The notes beneath the pieces were generated by a model. It was given only the letters and a program-made list of their open reading frames with translations, did not search any database and was not told where the DNA came from. From positions 6,524 to 70,523 of the forward strand of contig CAIXXC010000413.1 of NCBI GenBank assembly GCA_903923205.1: 64,000 nucleotides of DNA. Reading direction: 5' to 3'. The stretch is from an uncultured Rhodospirillales bacterium (lineage in GTDB: Bacteria; Pseudomonadota; Alphaproteobacteria; ATCC43930; CGMCC-115725). Below are positions 19,484 to 29,624 of this stretch, in pieces. Numbering within the stretch: position 1 is the first letter of the stretch; every line of letters starts with the position of its first letter. The translations under genes were made by a program, and so were the position numbers.

Positions 19484-20499
19484 CGGACCGCGAAGGCATG
19501 CGCCTGGCCTTCATCGACTCTGCCGGTTGGACGGATGCGACCATCACCGCCTTGCCCGGAGACGCCTCGTTTCGCCGTTATTTCCGCCTCGCCGGCCCTC
19601 TGGGCAAAACCATGCTGATGGACGCGCCTCCGCCACAGGAAGATGTAAGGCCTTTCCAGACGATCGCCGCGATCCTTGCCGATCTGAAGCTTTCCGCCCC
19701 GGTCATCCATGCCGCGGACCCGGAGGCAGGCTTCCTGTTGCTGGAAGACCTTGGCGATTCGACCTACACAAGGTTGATTGCTGACGGCCATGACGAAGCG
19801 GCACTCTATCGCCTCGCAGGGGACACTCTGGCCGACCTGCATCGTCGCTTTGAGCTTAGCCAAGAGAGGGCTGTGCCACCCTATAGCGATGATGTTTTCT
19901 TGCGTGAAGTAGCGCTCTTGACGGACTGGTACCTGCCCGAGTTCTCCGGGGCGGCGACACCCGAGGTGGTCAGGGATGACTATCTGGCTCGCTGGGCGAG
20001 CGTTCTGCAGTACGCGCGTGATGTCCCGGACACCCTGGTATTGCGCGATTATCACATCGATAACCTGATGCTGCTGCCCGAACGAGAGGGTGTCCGCGCC
20101 TGCGGATTGCTTGATTTCCAGGATGCGCTGATCGGACCCATCACTTACGACATTATCTCACTCATCGAGGACGCACGCCGCGATGTCTCTCAACCGGTCG
20201 TCGATGCGGTGGTCGAGAGATACCTCGCGGCAAATCCCGCGATCGATCGAGACGCTTTCGAATGTTCCCTCTCGATCCTCGGCGCCCAGCGTCACGCCAA
20301 GGTCATCGGGATCTTCTGTCGGTTGATGCGGCGCGATGGTAAACCAGTGTATCTCAGGCACCTGCCACGGCTTTGGCGTCTGCTCGAGCGACAACTCGCG
20401 CATCCAGTCTTGGCGCCGGTTCGCGACTGGTTTGACACGATGATTCCGCCAATGTTGCGAGGGATCCCCGCAGGATTGGCATGCTCGTCGGTCGTTTGA
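19480..20499 (+). CDS. amgK: Aminoglycoside-phosphotransferase-fold kinase, AmgK-like (anomeric MurNAc/GlcNAc kinase)
   Basis: GDASFRRYFR motif and the catalytic RDYHIDNLM...DFQD pattern. Conserved position between tsaE and murU; ATGA overlap with the tsaE stop. Confidence 0.7.
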   Translation: MTDREGMRLAFIDSAGWTDATITALPGDASFRRYFRLAGPLGKTMLMDAPPPQEDVRPFQTIAAILADLKLSAPVIHAADPEAGFLLLEDLGDSTYTRLIADGHDEAALYRLAGDTLADLHRRFELSQERAVPPYSDDVFLREVALLTDWYLPEFSGAATPEVVRDDYLARWASVLQYARDVPDTLVLRDYHIDNLMLLPEREGVRACGLLDFQDALIGPITYDIISLIEDARRDVSQPVVDAVVERYLAANPAIDRDAFECSLSILGAQRHAKVIGIFCRLMRRDGKPVYLRHLPRLWRLLERQLAHPVLAPVRDWFDTMIPPMLRGIPAGLACSSVV

Positions 20500-20542
20500 T
20501 TTATTTTATTAAGCGTTTTCAAAAAGTTGAGTATCACGACCC

Positions 20543-21271
20543 ATGAGTATTCAGGTCAAGACAGCGATGGTCCTCGCGGCAGGAAGGGGGGAACGGTTAC
20601 GGCCGATCACCGACCGCATCCCGAAACCCCTGGTGACGCTTGGGGGCCGCACCCTTCTCGACCACGCCATCGATCGACTCGAGACAGCGGGCGTGGAGCG
20701 CGTCGTCGTCAATGTCCATTACCTGGGCGAGCAGATCGTGGCGCAGCTGGACCGGCGGAACAGTCCTAAGATTCTGATTTCGCGGGAACCATCGCTTCTC
20801 GAGACGGGCGGCGGCATCGTCAACGCCCTGCCCTTGTTGGGGAGCGAGCCTTTTTTCGCTGTCAACGCCGATAGCTATTGGCTGGACGGCACCGTCAGCG
20901 CGCTTGGTCGCCTCGCCGCCGCATTCGACCCGGAAACGACCGACGCCGTCCTGCTGCTGCAGCGAACCGTGAGCGCCGTCGGTTATGACCACGAGGAGGG
21001 CGATTTCATGCTCGACCCGCTCGGCGTCCCCGCACGTCGGGGAGAAAGCGAAATCGCGCCATACCTTTTCGCGGGCATCCAATTGCTTTCGCCCAAGCTC
21101 TTCGTCGAGCCACCCCCCACCCCTTTCTCGCTCAACCGCATTTATGACGCCGCGCTGGACGCTGGTCGGCTGCGCGCCGTGGTCCATGACGGCGAATGGT
21201 ATCATGTCAGCACGCCCGATGGCCTGGCCCTCGTGGAGGCCAGACTGGAACTGCGCCGTACTGAGCATTGA
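20543..21271 (+). CDS. murU: Nucleotidyltransferase, MurU-like (MurNAc-1-P uridylyltransferase)
   Basis: N-terminal LAAGRGERLRPITDRIPKPL sugar-nucleotidyltransferase motif, adjacent to amgK. Confidence 0.7.
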   Translation: MSIQVKTAMVLAAGRGERLRPITDRIPKPLVTLGGRTLLDHAIDRLETAGVERVVVNVHYLGEQIVAQLDRRNSPKILISREPSLLETGGGIVNALPLLGSEPFFAVNADSYWLDGTVSALGRLAAAFDPETTDAVLLLQRTVSAVGYDHEEGDFMLDPLGVPARRGESEIAPYLFAGIQLLSPKLFVEPPPTPFSLNRIYDAALDAGRLRAVVHDGEWYHVSTPDGLALVEARLELRRTEH

Positions 21272-21277
21272 GCGCGG

Positions 21278-24241
21278 ATGTCGGCGATGGCAGAAGGTGC
21301 AATCAACGTCTTCACCATCGCCGGTGATCAACCTTTCCTTGATCGCCTCGCCGAGGGCATCAGCGCCCGTCATGGGGCGACACCCTTAGGACTTGCCGCC
21401 GTCAGCGTGATCCTGCCGACGAGACGCGCCTGTCGCGGCCTGCATGATGCCTTCTTGCGGCTTTGCGGTGGCCAGCCGGCCCTACTGCCCCGGTTCTTGC
21501 CCCTTGGTGACCTCGACGCAGAGGAACTCGACCTTACGCTTGGGGATAAAAGCGGGAACAGCCTCGCCATTCCGCCCGCATTGCCGGAGATGCGCAGGCG
21601 CCTGCTGCTGATCCGCTTGATCCTACGTTGGGGCCAGCAGACCGGCCATGGACCGATCCTGCCCGCGCAAGCAGCCGTGCTGGCCCGCGATCTGAGCCGG
21701 TTGCTCGATCAGGTCCAGACCGAGCGCCTCGGATTTGAGGCCCTAAACAGCATCGTGCCGGACGAACTCGCCGAGCATTGGAAGATAACCCGCGAATTCC
21801 TCGAGATCGTGACGTCGGCCTGGCCCAAGGTCCTGGACGCCTATGACGCGCTTGACCCTGCCGCGCGACGGAACCAATTGATCGAAGGGCAGATCGCCGC
21901 CTGGCGCTTGCAGGCGCCACCCCATCCCGTGATCGCCGCCGGTTTCGCAGCCGCCAGTCCCGCCGCAGGCGATCTGCTGGCCTACCTTGCCCATCAGGCC
22001 AATGGCGCGGTCGTGCTTCCGGGTGTCGATACCCAGGCCGACGATGCGCTGTGGGCCGCGATCGGCAGCGATCCGACCCATCCTCAATACGGACTTCATC
22101 ACCTCCTGCTGGGGCTGGGGACAACCCATGACAGCCTGAAGCTCTGGTCGGGGGAAGCCCGGCAGTCGCCCCGGATTCGGCTGGTCAGCGAGATCATGAG
22201 ACCGGCATCTGTCAGCGACAGATGGACCGAACTCGGCCATCTCGACGCCACAAGCCTTGACGGTATTGCGCGGTATGACTGCGCCGGTGCCCAGGAGGAA
22301 GCGGGCGTCATCGCCCTGCTGCTGCGGGAGCAACTGGAGACACCGGGCGCGACTGGAATACTGGTGACACCGGATCGCGGCCTGGCGCGCCGTGTCGCGG
22401 CCGAACTCAAACGGTGGGAGATCGACATCGATGATTCCGCCGGTATCGCGCTTAACCTGTCGCCGCCCGGCGTGTTCCTTCGCCTGATCGCGCAGGCGGC
22501 CGCCGAACATCTTGCGCCGATTCCGCTGCTGGCCCTGCTGAAGCACCCGCTGGCCGGGCTTAATTATGAAACCGGCGTGCTGCGTGGCCTGGTTCGCCGG
22601 TTCGAGATCCAAAGCCTGCGGGGGCCACGTCAGGCACCCGGACTGGCAGGGCTGGCGGCGCTGACCCACGCGGGCGCCGAGCCCGATATAGCGGCGATGC
22701 TGGATCGTCTTGCCACGACGATGGCACCGTTTCTCGACCTGATCGCACGACCATCCGTGAGTCTCCACGATCTCCTGACTGCTCATATCGAGGCGGCCGA
22801 ACGGCTTGCCGGGACCGAAGCCCAAAATGGCACCGACCGGCTCTGGGATGAAGAGGCGGGCGCCGCCCTGGCTGATTTCGTCAGCGAATTACGGGAATCG
22901 GCCGCCGACTTCGTACCGCTGTCGGGCGACGACTATCCGGTCCTGCTGGAGACATTCCTTGCCGGCGGCACCGTCCGTCCTCGTTTCGGTAAACACCCGC
23001 GCCTGCAAATCCTCGGCACGCTCGAAGCCAGGCTTCAACATGCCGATCTGATGATCCTGGGGGGTCTCAACGAAGGGGTATGGCCTGCGGACCCAGGGCA
23101 GGATCCCTGGATGTCACGGCCGATGCGAAGGAGTTTCGGTCTGCCACCGGTAGAAGCCCAGATCGGTCTCGCCGCCCATGACCTGGCTGCCGGCCTGATG
23201 GCCAGGCAAGTCGTTCTGACACGGGCTCTCCGGGTCGATGGCGCCCCGACGGTGCCGTCGCGCTGGCTGTTGCGACTGGAGACGGTGTTGAAGGCAAGCG
23301 GCCTTATACTGGCCGCAGCGAAGCCTGTCATCACATGGCAGGACTTGCTTGATCGACCGGACAGGATCACACGGCTTGATCCACCCGCACCCTGCCCGCC
23401 GGCAAGCGCCCGGCCCCGATCGCTGTCAGTGACGGAAATCGAAACCTGGCGCCGCGACCCTTACGCAATCTATGCCAAACATATTCTTGGACTGACCAGC
23501 CTGGACCCGATCGACCAGGATCCAGGCGCCGCGGATCGCGGCAGCTTCATCCATCAGGCCCTTGATCGCTTTCTTCAGATTAAGCCGCACCCGACGGGAG
23601 ATGCGGCGTTGGCGGCCCTGCTCGATTGCGGACGCGAGGCATTCGGCGACACCCTGGATCAGCCAGGAATCTGGGCATTCTGGTGGCCGCGTTTTGAGCG
23701 CATCGCATCCTGGTTCCTTGAGTGGGAGGTAACGCGCGCTGATCAGATTGTCGAAAGCTATACCGAGCAACGGGGTGTCCTCCAATTGCCGTTACCGATC
23801 GAATCGTTCAAACTGCGCGCGCGCGCGGACCGGATAGACCGCCTGCAGGATGGCAGCCTCGTCATCATCGACTACAAAACCGGTGGCGTGCCGTCGGCAC
23901 TGGAAGTCGAGCACGGTTTCTCGCCCCAATTACCGCTTGAGGCGGCGATGGCGGCGGCAGGTGGGTTCGAACGCGTCCCCGCGGGACCGGTGAGCAAGCT
24001 TCTGTACCTCAAGCTTTCCGGCGGAGATCCAGCGGGCGCTGAAATCCGCGCCGGGGGCAATGGGGCCGCACCTGACGCGCTGGCGTCCGAAGCGATTGAA
24101 GGGTTGAAGGCGCTGATCGAATTGTTCGCCGACCCAGAGACGCCCTATCTTGCCCGGCCCGATCCTGAAAGGGCGCCGCGCTATAGCGATTATATCCATC
24201 TCGCCAGGCTAGAGGAATGGGGTGGAGGCGGTAACGAATGA
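21278..24241 (+). CDS. addB: Double-strand break repair protein AddB (alphaproteobacterial type)
   Basis: 987 aa, immediately upstream of and overlapping addA. The C-terminus has a PD-(D/E)xK nuclease-like region (RADRIDRL...IIDYKTG). Confidence 0.88.
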   Translation: MSAMAEGAINVFTIAGDQPFLDRLAEGISARHGATPLGLAAVSVILPTRRACRGLHDAFLRLCGGQPALLPRFLPLGDLDAEELDLTLGDKSGNSLAIPPALPEMRRRLLLIRLILRWGQQTGHGPILPAQAAVLARDLSRLLDQVQTERLGFEALNSIVPDELAEHWKITREFLEIVTSAWPKVLDAYDALDPAARRNQLIEGQIAAWRLQAPPHPVIAAGFAAASPAAGDLLAYLAHQANGAVVLPGVDTQADDALWAAIGSDPTHPQYGLHHLLLGLGTTHDSLKLWSGEARQSPRIRLVSEIMRPASVSDRWTELGHLDATSLDGIARYDCAGAQEEAGVIALLLREQLETPGATGILVTPDRGLARRVAAELKRWEIDIDDSAGIALNLSPPGVFLRLIAQAAAEHLAPIPLLALLKHPLAGLNYETGVLRGLVRRFEIQSLRGPRQAPGLAGLAALTHAGAEPDIAAMLDRLATTMAPFLDLIARPSVSLHDLLTAHIEAAERLAGTEAQNGTDRLWDEEAGAALADFVSELRESAADFVPLSGDDYPVLLETFLAGGTVRPRFGKHPRLQILGTLEARLQHADLMILGGLNEGVWPADPGQDPWMSRPMRRSFGLPPVEAQIGLAAHDLAAGLMARQVVLTRALRVDGAPTVPSRWLLRLETVLKASGLILAAAKPVITWQDLLDRPDRITRLDPPAPCPPASARPRSLSVTEIETWRRDPYAIYAKHILGLTSLDPIDQDPGAADRGSFIHQALDRFLQIKPHPTGDAALAALLDCGREAFGDTLDQPGIWAFWWPRFERIASWFLEWEVTRADQIVESYTEQRGVLQLPLPIESFKLRARADRIDRLQDGSLVIIDYKTGGVPSALEVEHGFSPQLPLEAAMAAAGGFERVPAGPVSKLLYLKLSGGDPAGAEIRAGGNGAAPDALASEAIEGLKALIELFADPETPYLARPDPERAPRYSDYIHLARLEEWGGGGNE

Positions 24242-27200
24242 CCCTCGCCGATGAAGCGACGCTGGCGCAACGCCGTGCCGCCGATGCCGCCCGCTCCGTC
24301 TGGGTTTCAGCTTCTGCCGGCAGCGGAAAGACCAAGGTCCTGACGGACCGTGTTCTGAACCTGCTGTTGACCGGTGCGGCGCCGGATCGCCTGCTCTGCC
24401 TGACCTTCACAAAGGCCGCAGCGGCGGAAATGTCGAACCGCGTCAATGAGCGGCTCGGCACCTGGACCGTCGCCGAAGAGGGAAAGCTGCGCGACGATAT
24501 CGCCGCATTGACGGGTCGTCCTGCCGACGCGGAGACCTGCCGCACTGCGCGTCGCCTTTTCGCCCGCGTCCTCGATACCCCGGGTGGCATGCGTATTCTG
24601 ACGATTCACGCGTTCTGCCAGTCGATCCTGCGGCGCTTCCCGCTCGAAGCCGAAATCATCCCGAATTTCGAAGTGATGGATGATCGCAGCGCGGCAGAGC
24701 TTCAAGCTGAAGCGCGTAATGCCATCCTTGTAGCCGCACGCGAGAACCCCGGCAGCGCGCTCGCGGCGGCGTTCGCCGAGATCACCTCCCGGGTCGAGGA
24801 GAACGGCTTTGCCAAACTCCTGACGGAATTGCAGAGCAAGCGGGGTGCGCTTCAGTCTGCCCTTCAGGAAGCCGGTAGCATCGACGCCTATGTCGAAAGG
24901 CTATGGCGCTCGCTCGGTCTCGAACCCGGAACCCGTCGCGTGGATTGCCTTGCGGCCGCCTGCGCGGAAGCGGCTTTCGACGGGCAAACCCTGCGCAATG
25001 CCTCTGCGTGCCTCATTCAGTCTGCAAGCAGGACCGACCGCGCCCGCGGCGAGGCGCTTGCGTCCTGGCTGGCCGCCTCCATCGGTGCGCGTATCGAGGG
25101 CTGGGACGACTACCTCTCGCAGTTCCTGACAACGACGTTCACAATCCGCAACACACTCGCGACTGTTGCCGTCGCCAATTCCAATCCTTGGCTGATCCCC
25201 GCATTACTGGCGGAGGCCGAACGGGTCGACCGCGCGCGAATGCGCTGCGCCGCCATCGCCGCCGCGGCATCGGCGAGCGCCATCGCGCGCTTTGCCGACG
25301 GTTTCCTTGGGCATTACGCCCGTGAGAAGCGCCAACGCGGGGTTCTTGACTATGACGATCTTATCCTCGCAACGCGGGGATTGCTGACCCGGCCTGGGAT
25401 CGACGCGTGGGTGTTGTTCAAACTCGATGGCGGCATCGACCATGTTCTGATCGATGAAGCGCAGGATACCAGCCCGGACCAATGGCGCGTCATCGAAGCC
25501 CTGACCGGAGATTTTTTCGTCGGAGAAAGCGCGCGCTCGGTTAATCGCACCGTCTTCGCCGTCGGCGATCCAAAGCAGTCGATCTATAGCTTCCAAGGCG
25601 CCGAGCCACGGCGCTTCCTTGAGGTGGGTGAGAATTTCAGGCAACGCGCCGCCGAGGTTGGCATGGATTTCGACATCATCCCCCTTGCGGTGTCATTCCG
25701 TTCGACGGAGGCCGTCCTCAATGTCGTAGACGCCGTCTTCGCGCGGGACCCAGCGGCCGACGGCGTCGTGTTCGACGGGACTCCGATCAAGCATTACGCC
25801 TTCCGCGGCAAGGCGCCGGGGCGGGTGGAACACTGGCCGATGCAAGTGCCGCGCGCCACCGATCCGACCCCGCCCTGGACCCAGGCGCGTGAACAGAAAT
25901 TCGCCGAAGCCCCAAGGGCCCAACTGGCACTTCGCATCGCCGAAACCATCCACCAATGGATCACCACCCGAGAATTGTTGCCCTCGCGGGGCCGGCCAAT
26001 TCGGGCAGGCGACGTGATGATCCTGGTCAGACGCCGTAACGCCTTCGTCCGCGACCTGATCCGCGCGCTCAAAGCCCGTGACATTCCGGTGGCCGGCGCC
26101 GACCGGATCGTGCTGACACAGCAACTCGCGGTGATGGACCTGATGGCTCTCGCCCGCTTCCTTCTGCTGCCTGAAGACGATCTGACCCTCGCGGCGTTGT
26201 TGAAAAGCCCTCTATTCGGCCTCGACGAGGTCCAGGTATTTGAACTTTGCCATGCGCGCGGCAGGGAAACGGTTTGGTCACGCCTGCGCCGCGACCAGAG
26301 TGGCGACCCGGTCCTCGCGGCTGCGCGTGACACCTTGTCGGCCCTGCTGGCACGTGCCGATTTCATCTCGCCGCACGCCCTGTTTGCCGAAATCCTGGGC
26401 GCGCGGGGTGGAAGGCGCCGTCTTATCGGCCGTCTGGGCCCCGAAGCATCTGATGCCATCGACGAATTCCTGAACCAGACCCTTGCCTATGAGCGCATCC
26501 ACGTACCCTCGCTTCAGGGCTTTATCGCCTGGCTAGAACAGGGCGAATCCGACATCAAGCGCGATCTGGATCAAGGTGAGCGCGACGAGGTGCGGATCAT
26601 GACGGTCCATGGCTCCAAAGGATTGCAAGCGCCGATCGTTTTCCTGCCCGACACCACGGCAATACCGGTCAAACTCGACCAGTTGCACTGGAGCGACGAC
26701 AGCTTCCTGTTCTGGTCAACCGGAGAAGCGCGGGCCGCGGCGGCGCTGGGCGCAGCAAAACAGCGCGCGAGCGACGCCCGCGATCGCGAATATCGCCGAC
26801 TGCTTTATGTCGCCCTGACCCGCGCCGAGGATCGGCTTTATATCTGCGGCTGGCGTGGCAAGAATCAGGCGTCCGCAGGCAACTGGCACGAATTGGTCGA
26901 CACGGCGATGCAGGACCTGACCAAATTGACCCCGGTCGTCGATGTTCGTGGCGAGACGGGCGGTCGTGCCCCCATGATTTACGAAACGGGCGACGCCACC
27001 GCGGGACTCGAGAAAACAAAGCCAAGCGCAACCACAGATCTAGCCCGTGCTGAACTGCCTGAATTTGCCATCCGACCACCGGCGCGTGAGCCTTTGCCAC
27101 CAAAACCATTGGCGGCGCTTCGTCCGGCACAAGCCGAGCCACCAAGCCGTTCGCCACTGGCACCCCCCGATGACGATCGCCGTTACAAGCGCGGCACCAT

Positions 27201-27645
27201 TATCCATCGCCTGCTTCAGACATTGCCCGATCTGCCGGCCGGTGCGCGGGAGGCGGCCGCGCGGCGTTACCTCGCCCGACCAGCCCTCGAACTTGATACC
27301 GCACAGCAACAGGAAACGCTGGTCGAGACGCTAGCCGTCCTGTCTCATCCTGATTTTCAAGATCTGTTCGGCCCCGGTTCACTGGCCGAGGTTCCAGTCG
27401 TCGGCTTGATCGAGGGACAGGCGCTGTCCGGGCGGATAGACCGCCTTGTCGTCACCGAAGGGCAAGTGATCATCGTCGATTACAAAACCAATCGCCCGCC
27501 ATCTCGCGATATCTCGACCGTGCCAGCGCCGTATTTGGAGCAGCTTCAAGCCTATCGTCAGGCGTTAGTCAGGGTCTATCCCGACAAACAGGTACGATGT
27601 TTTCTGCTGTGGACAGTGGGTCCGTTCGTCCTGGAAATTCCGTAA
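24238..27645 (+). CDS. addA: Double-strand break repair helicase-nuclease AddA
   Basis: UvrD-type motifs: SASAGSGKTKVLTDRV, IDEAQDTSP, VGDPKQSIYSFQGA. C-terminal nuclease motif GRIDRL...IVDYKTN. Confidence 0.92.
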   Translation: MTLADEATLAQRRAADAARSVWVSASAGSGKTKVLTDRVLNLLLTGAAPDRLLCLTFTKAAAAEMSNRVNERLGTWTVAEEGKLRDDIAALTGRPADAETCRTARRLFARVLDTPGGMRILTIHAFCQSILRRFPLEAEIIPNFEVMDDRSAAELQAEARNAILVAARENPGSALAAAFAEITSRVEENGFAKLLTELQSKRGALQSALQEAGSIDAYVERLWRSLGLEPGTRRVDCLAAACAEAAFDGQTLRNASACLIQSASRTDRARGEALASWLAASIGARIEGWDDYLSQFLTTTFTIRNTLATVAVANSNPWLIPALLAEAERVDRARMRCAAIAAAASASAIARFADGFLGHYAREKRQRGVLDYDDLILATRGLLTRPGIDAWVLFKLDGGIDHVLIDEAQDTSPDQWRVIEALTGDFFVGESARSVNRTVFAVGDPKQSIYSFQGAEPRRFLEVGENFRQRAAEVGMDFDIIPLAVSFRSTEAVLNVVDAVFARDPAADGVVFDGTPIKHYAFRGKAPGRVEHWPMQVPRATDPTPPWTQAREQKFAEAPRAQLALRIAETIHQWITTRELLPSRGRPIRAGDVMILVRRRNAFVRDLIRALKARDIPVAGADRIVLTQQLAVMDLMALARFLLLPEDDLTLAALLKSPLFGLDEVQVFELCHARGRETVWSRLRRDQSGDPVLAAARDTLSALLARADFISPHALFAEILGARGGRRRLIGRLGPEASDAIDEFLNQTLAYERIHVPSLQGFIAWLEQGESDIKRDLDQGERDEVRIMTVHGSKGLQAPIVFLPDTTAIPVKLDQLHWSDDSFLFWSTGEARAAAALGAAKQRASDARDREYRRLLYVALTRAEDRLYICGWRGKNQASAGNWHELVDTAMQDLTKLTPVVDVRGETGGRAPMIYETGDATAGLEKTKPSATTDLARAELPEFAIRPPAREPLPPKPLAALRPAQAEPPSRSPLAPPDDDRRYKRGTIIHRLLQTLPDLPAGAREAAARRYLARPALELDTAQQQETLVETLAVLSHPDFQDLFGPGSLAEVPVVGLIEGQALSGRIDRLVVTEGQVIIVDYKTNRPPSRDISTVPAPYLEQLQAYRQALVRVYPDKQVRCFLLWTVGPFVLEIP

Positions 27646-27651
27646 AGGCGC

Positions 27652-28485
27652 TTACGCCCGGGCAACGTCACGGAAATAGCTGTCGATTGAGCGCACGATG
27701 CCCGTCGCCACCGTTTTGCGGTAGCTCGCGTTGCGGAGCATGCGCTCCTCGTCCCGGTTTGACATGCAGCCCGTCTCGACCAAAGCGGAGGGGATATCCG
27801 GTGCCTTCAAGACGGCAAAGCCTGCCGAGCGGTGGCTGTGCGGGAGCATCTGCACCATGCCGCTTAGATGCGTCACCAGTTCCCGCGCGAGGCCGATCGA
27901 GAGATTGGCAGTCTGACGCCGTGTCAGATCCAGCAGGATATCGCTGACTTCGGGAGACTGTGTCTGGTAGTTGAAACCGGCGATCAGATCGGCATCGTTC
28001 TCCCGCGCAGCAATCTCGGCGGAGAGGCGATCGGAGGCCTTTTCCGACAGGGTGAACACCGAAGCACCGCGCAGACTGGGGTTCGGGATCGAATCAGCGT
28101 GGATGGACAGAAACAGATCGCCCTGCGCCGAGCGTGCCCGCGAGACCCGCTGCGGCAATGGCACGAAGACATCGCGCGATCGCGTCAGAACCGGACGATA
28201 GCGCCCTGAGGCCTCAAGCAGGCCCGCGACCTGATAAGCGATAGAAAAGGCGATATGTTTTTCATAGGTGCCGCTGCGACCAATGCAACCAGGATCAATC
28301 CCGCCATGGCCAGGATCAAGCACGATCACCGGTCGAAAGCGCTCTGGCTTTGCGCGGGTCGCCGCTAGAGCCGCGGACGAGACGTTCATGGAGAACAAGC
28401 CGAGCCCCATCAGGCCGGAAAGACGCATCAATTCGCGCCGGCCAAGCATCTTCTTCGGCTCGTCAGATTCTTCCCCAAACGGCAA
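27652..28485 (-). CDS. N-acetylmuramoyl-L-alanine amidase (Amidase_3, AmiC-like) with a Tat signal
   Basis: Twin-arginine signal GRRELMRLSGLMGLGL. Amidase_3 blocks: VLDPGHGGIDPG, SIHADS, VETGCMSN. Confidence 0.85.
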   Translation of the reverse strand: MPFGEESDEPKKMLGRRELMRLSGLMGLGLFSMNVSSAALAATRAKPERFRPVIVLDPGHGGIDPGCIGRSGTYEKHIAFSIAYQVAGLLEASGRYRPVLTRSRDVFVPLPQRVSRARSAQGDLFLSIHADSIPNPSLRGASVFTLSEKASDRLSAEIAARENDADLIAGFNYQTQSPEVSDILLDLTRRQTANLSIGLARELVTHLSGMVQMLPHSHRSAGFAVLKAPDIPSALVETGCMSNRDEERMLRNASYRKTVATGIVRSIDSYFRDVARA

Positions 28486-28647
28486 TGCAAGCCCCCAATG
28501 AAATACAGGTAGAACTATGACTTAGCGAACTTGATCTCGAAACTAGATCAAGTCAAGCGCGTAGCTATCTGAGTTTGTTCGCAAATGTTCAAGCGCGGCA
28601 TATCGGCAACATTGCGACGATAGATAAATTGCACTGTGCTCTTGCCA

Positions 28648-29619
28648 TCATGAGCCAATGCAGCGAGCCAAATACCTTTGATAGAGGGGGCGTAGTCTCT
28701 GCTCTACTAAATGTGCTGTTGCCGGGCTTAATGTCGCGCGTTTACGCGTCCCATCGGGGGTGAAGGTATTGCCGGGCGTCTTGGCGTCACGCTTGGCGAC
28801 GCCGCGCAAATTCTGCAGTTCGGGTTCCGTCGGTTGGATGCCGAAACCAGGCAGGACATGCTCCCACACGACCCCCGGCAGCGCTGAATAATCCACAAAT
28901 AAGGCCTCTGGGATGTCCGCCTCGATCGCGGCACTGAGGAATTGTTCGAGCACGGCAACGCAGAACCCAGGATCATCAAGGGTCGCGATCGTCTCCAGCG
29001 GAATTCCAAGCAGGCTCTGTGCCCGCTCCGGCACCTCGCGCAGTCGCATCCAGCCGGTGCGACCGCCCAGGATCGAGGCTGCGACCTCGGCCGGATCACG
29101 AGCGATGAAAACACAGGGCACATCTGGAAAAGCACGCCGCAGGACATCAAGATAGAGCAGGTTCCAACTTGAGAACTTGACAATGAAGCTGCGCGCGTTC
29201 GCCCGCCCTCTTCCATAGGCCTGGATAAGCAAGCGCAGACAATCGACCTGTAGCTGAACATCGACGGAGGCAGGATCGAGGCCAAGCAGCGTGTTGATCG
29301 GATCGGGCTCAGCCAGTACCGCGACCCCGTCGAGGGCTGCTGCAAGCTGCGAGACCAGGGTCGAGCCGCAGCGCGAGATATGAAAGATGAAACCGTCGGG
29401 ATCTCGTCCCGGCGCGACGGCATCGATCTGTCTTAGAGCCCCGAGGTCGGTCGTCACCAACTCTCGCGAAACCGGCTCGTTACCGACGCGGATCAGGGTC
29501 TGGCCGAAAAACGGCTCGGAAAAAGTCAGATCCGAAAGATTGCACCAGTCGATGGTTGGCGCGGGCGGTTCGATCAGCAAGCTGACAGGCGTCCAATGCG
29601 CAAGGTCGATCGCTTCCAC
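28648..29619 (-). CDS. Sulfotransferase-family protein (PAPS-dependent type)
   Basis: 5'-PSB-like loop FHISRCGSTL and a 3'-PB-like motif FIARDPAEVAAS. 5-nt gap after the upstream oxygenase gene. Confidence 0.55.
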   Translation of the reverse strand: MEAIDLAHWTPVSLLIEPPAPTIDWCNLSDLTFSEPFFGQTLIRVGNEPVSRELVTTDLGALRQIDAVAPGRDPDGFIFHISRCGSTLVSQLAAALDGVAVLAEPDPINTLLGLDPASVDVQLQVDCLRLLIQAYGRGRANARSFIVKFSSWNLLYLDVLRRAFPDVPCVFIARDPAEVAASILGGRTGWMRLREVPERAQSLLGIPLETIATLDDPGFCVAVLEQFLSAAIEADIPEALFVDYSALPGVVWEHVLPGFGIQPTEPELQNLRGVAKRDAKTPGNTFTPDGTRKRATLSPATAHLVEQRLRPLYQRYLARCIGS

Positions 29620-29624
29620 GTTGC

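Noticed and set aside
27646-28647. Looked for the thioredoxin gene (trxA) that commonly follows addA in alphaproteobacteria, and for a mobile-element scar explaining its absence.
   Set aside because: No thioredoxin-like ORF (WCGPC motif) in any frame, and no repeats or transposase remnants. The amidase gene simply converges on addA. Only a 9-bp hairpin (28529-28552) is present, which is not informative.
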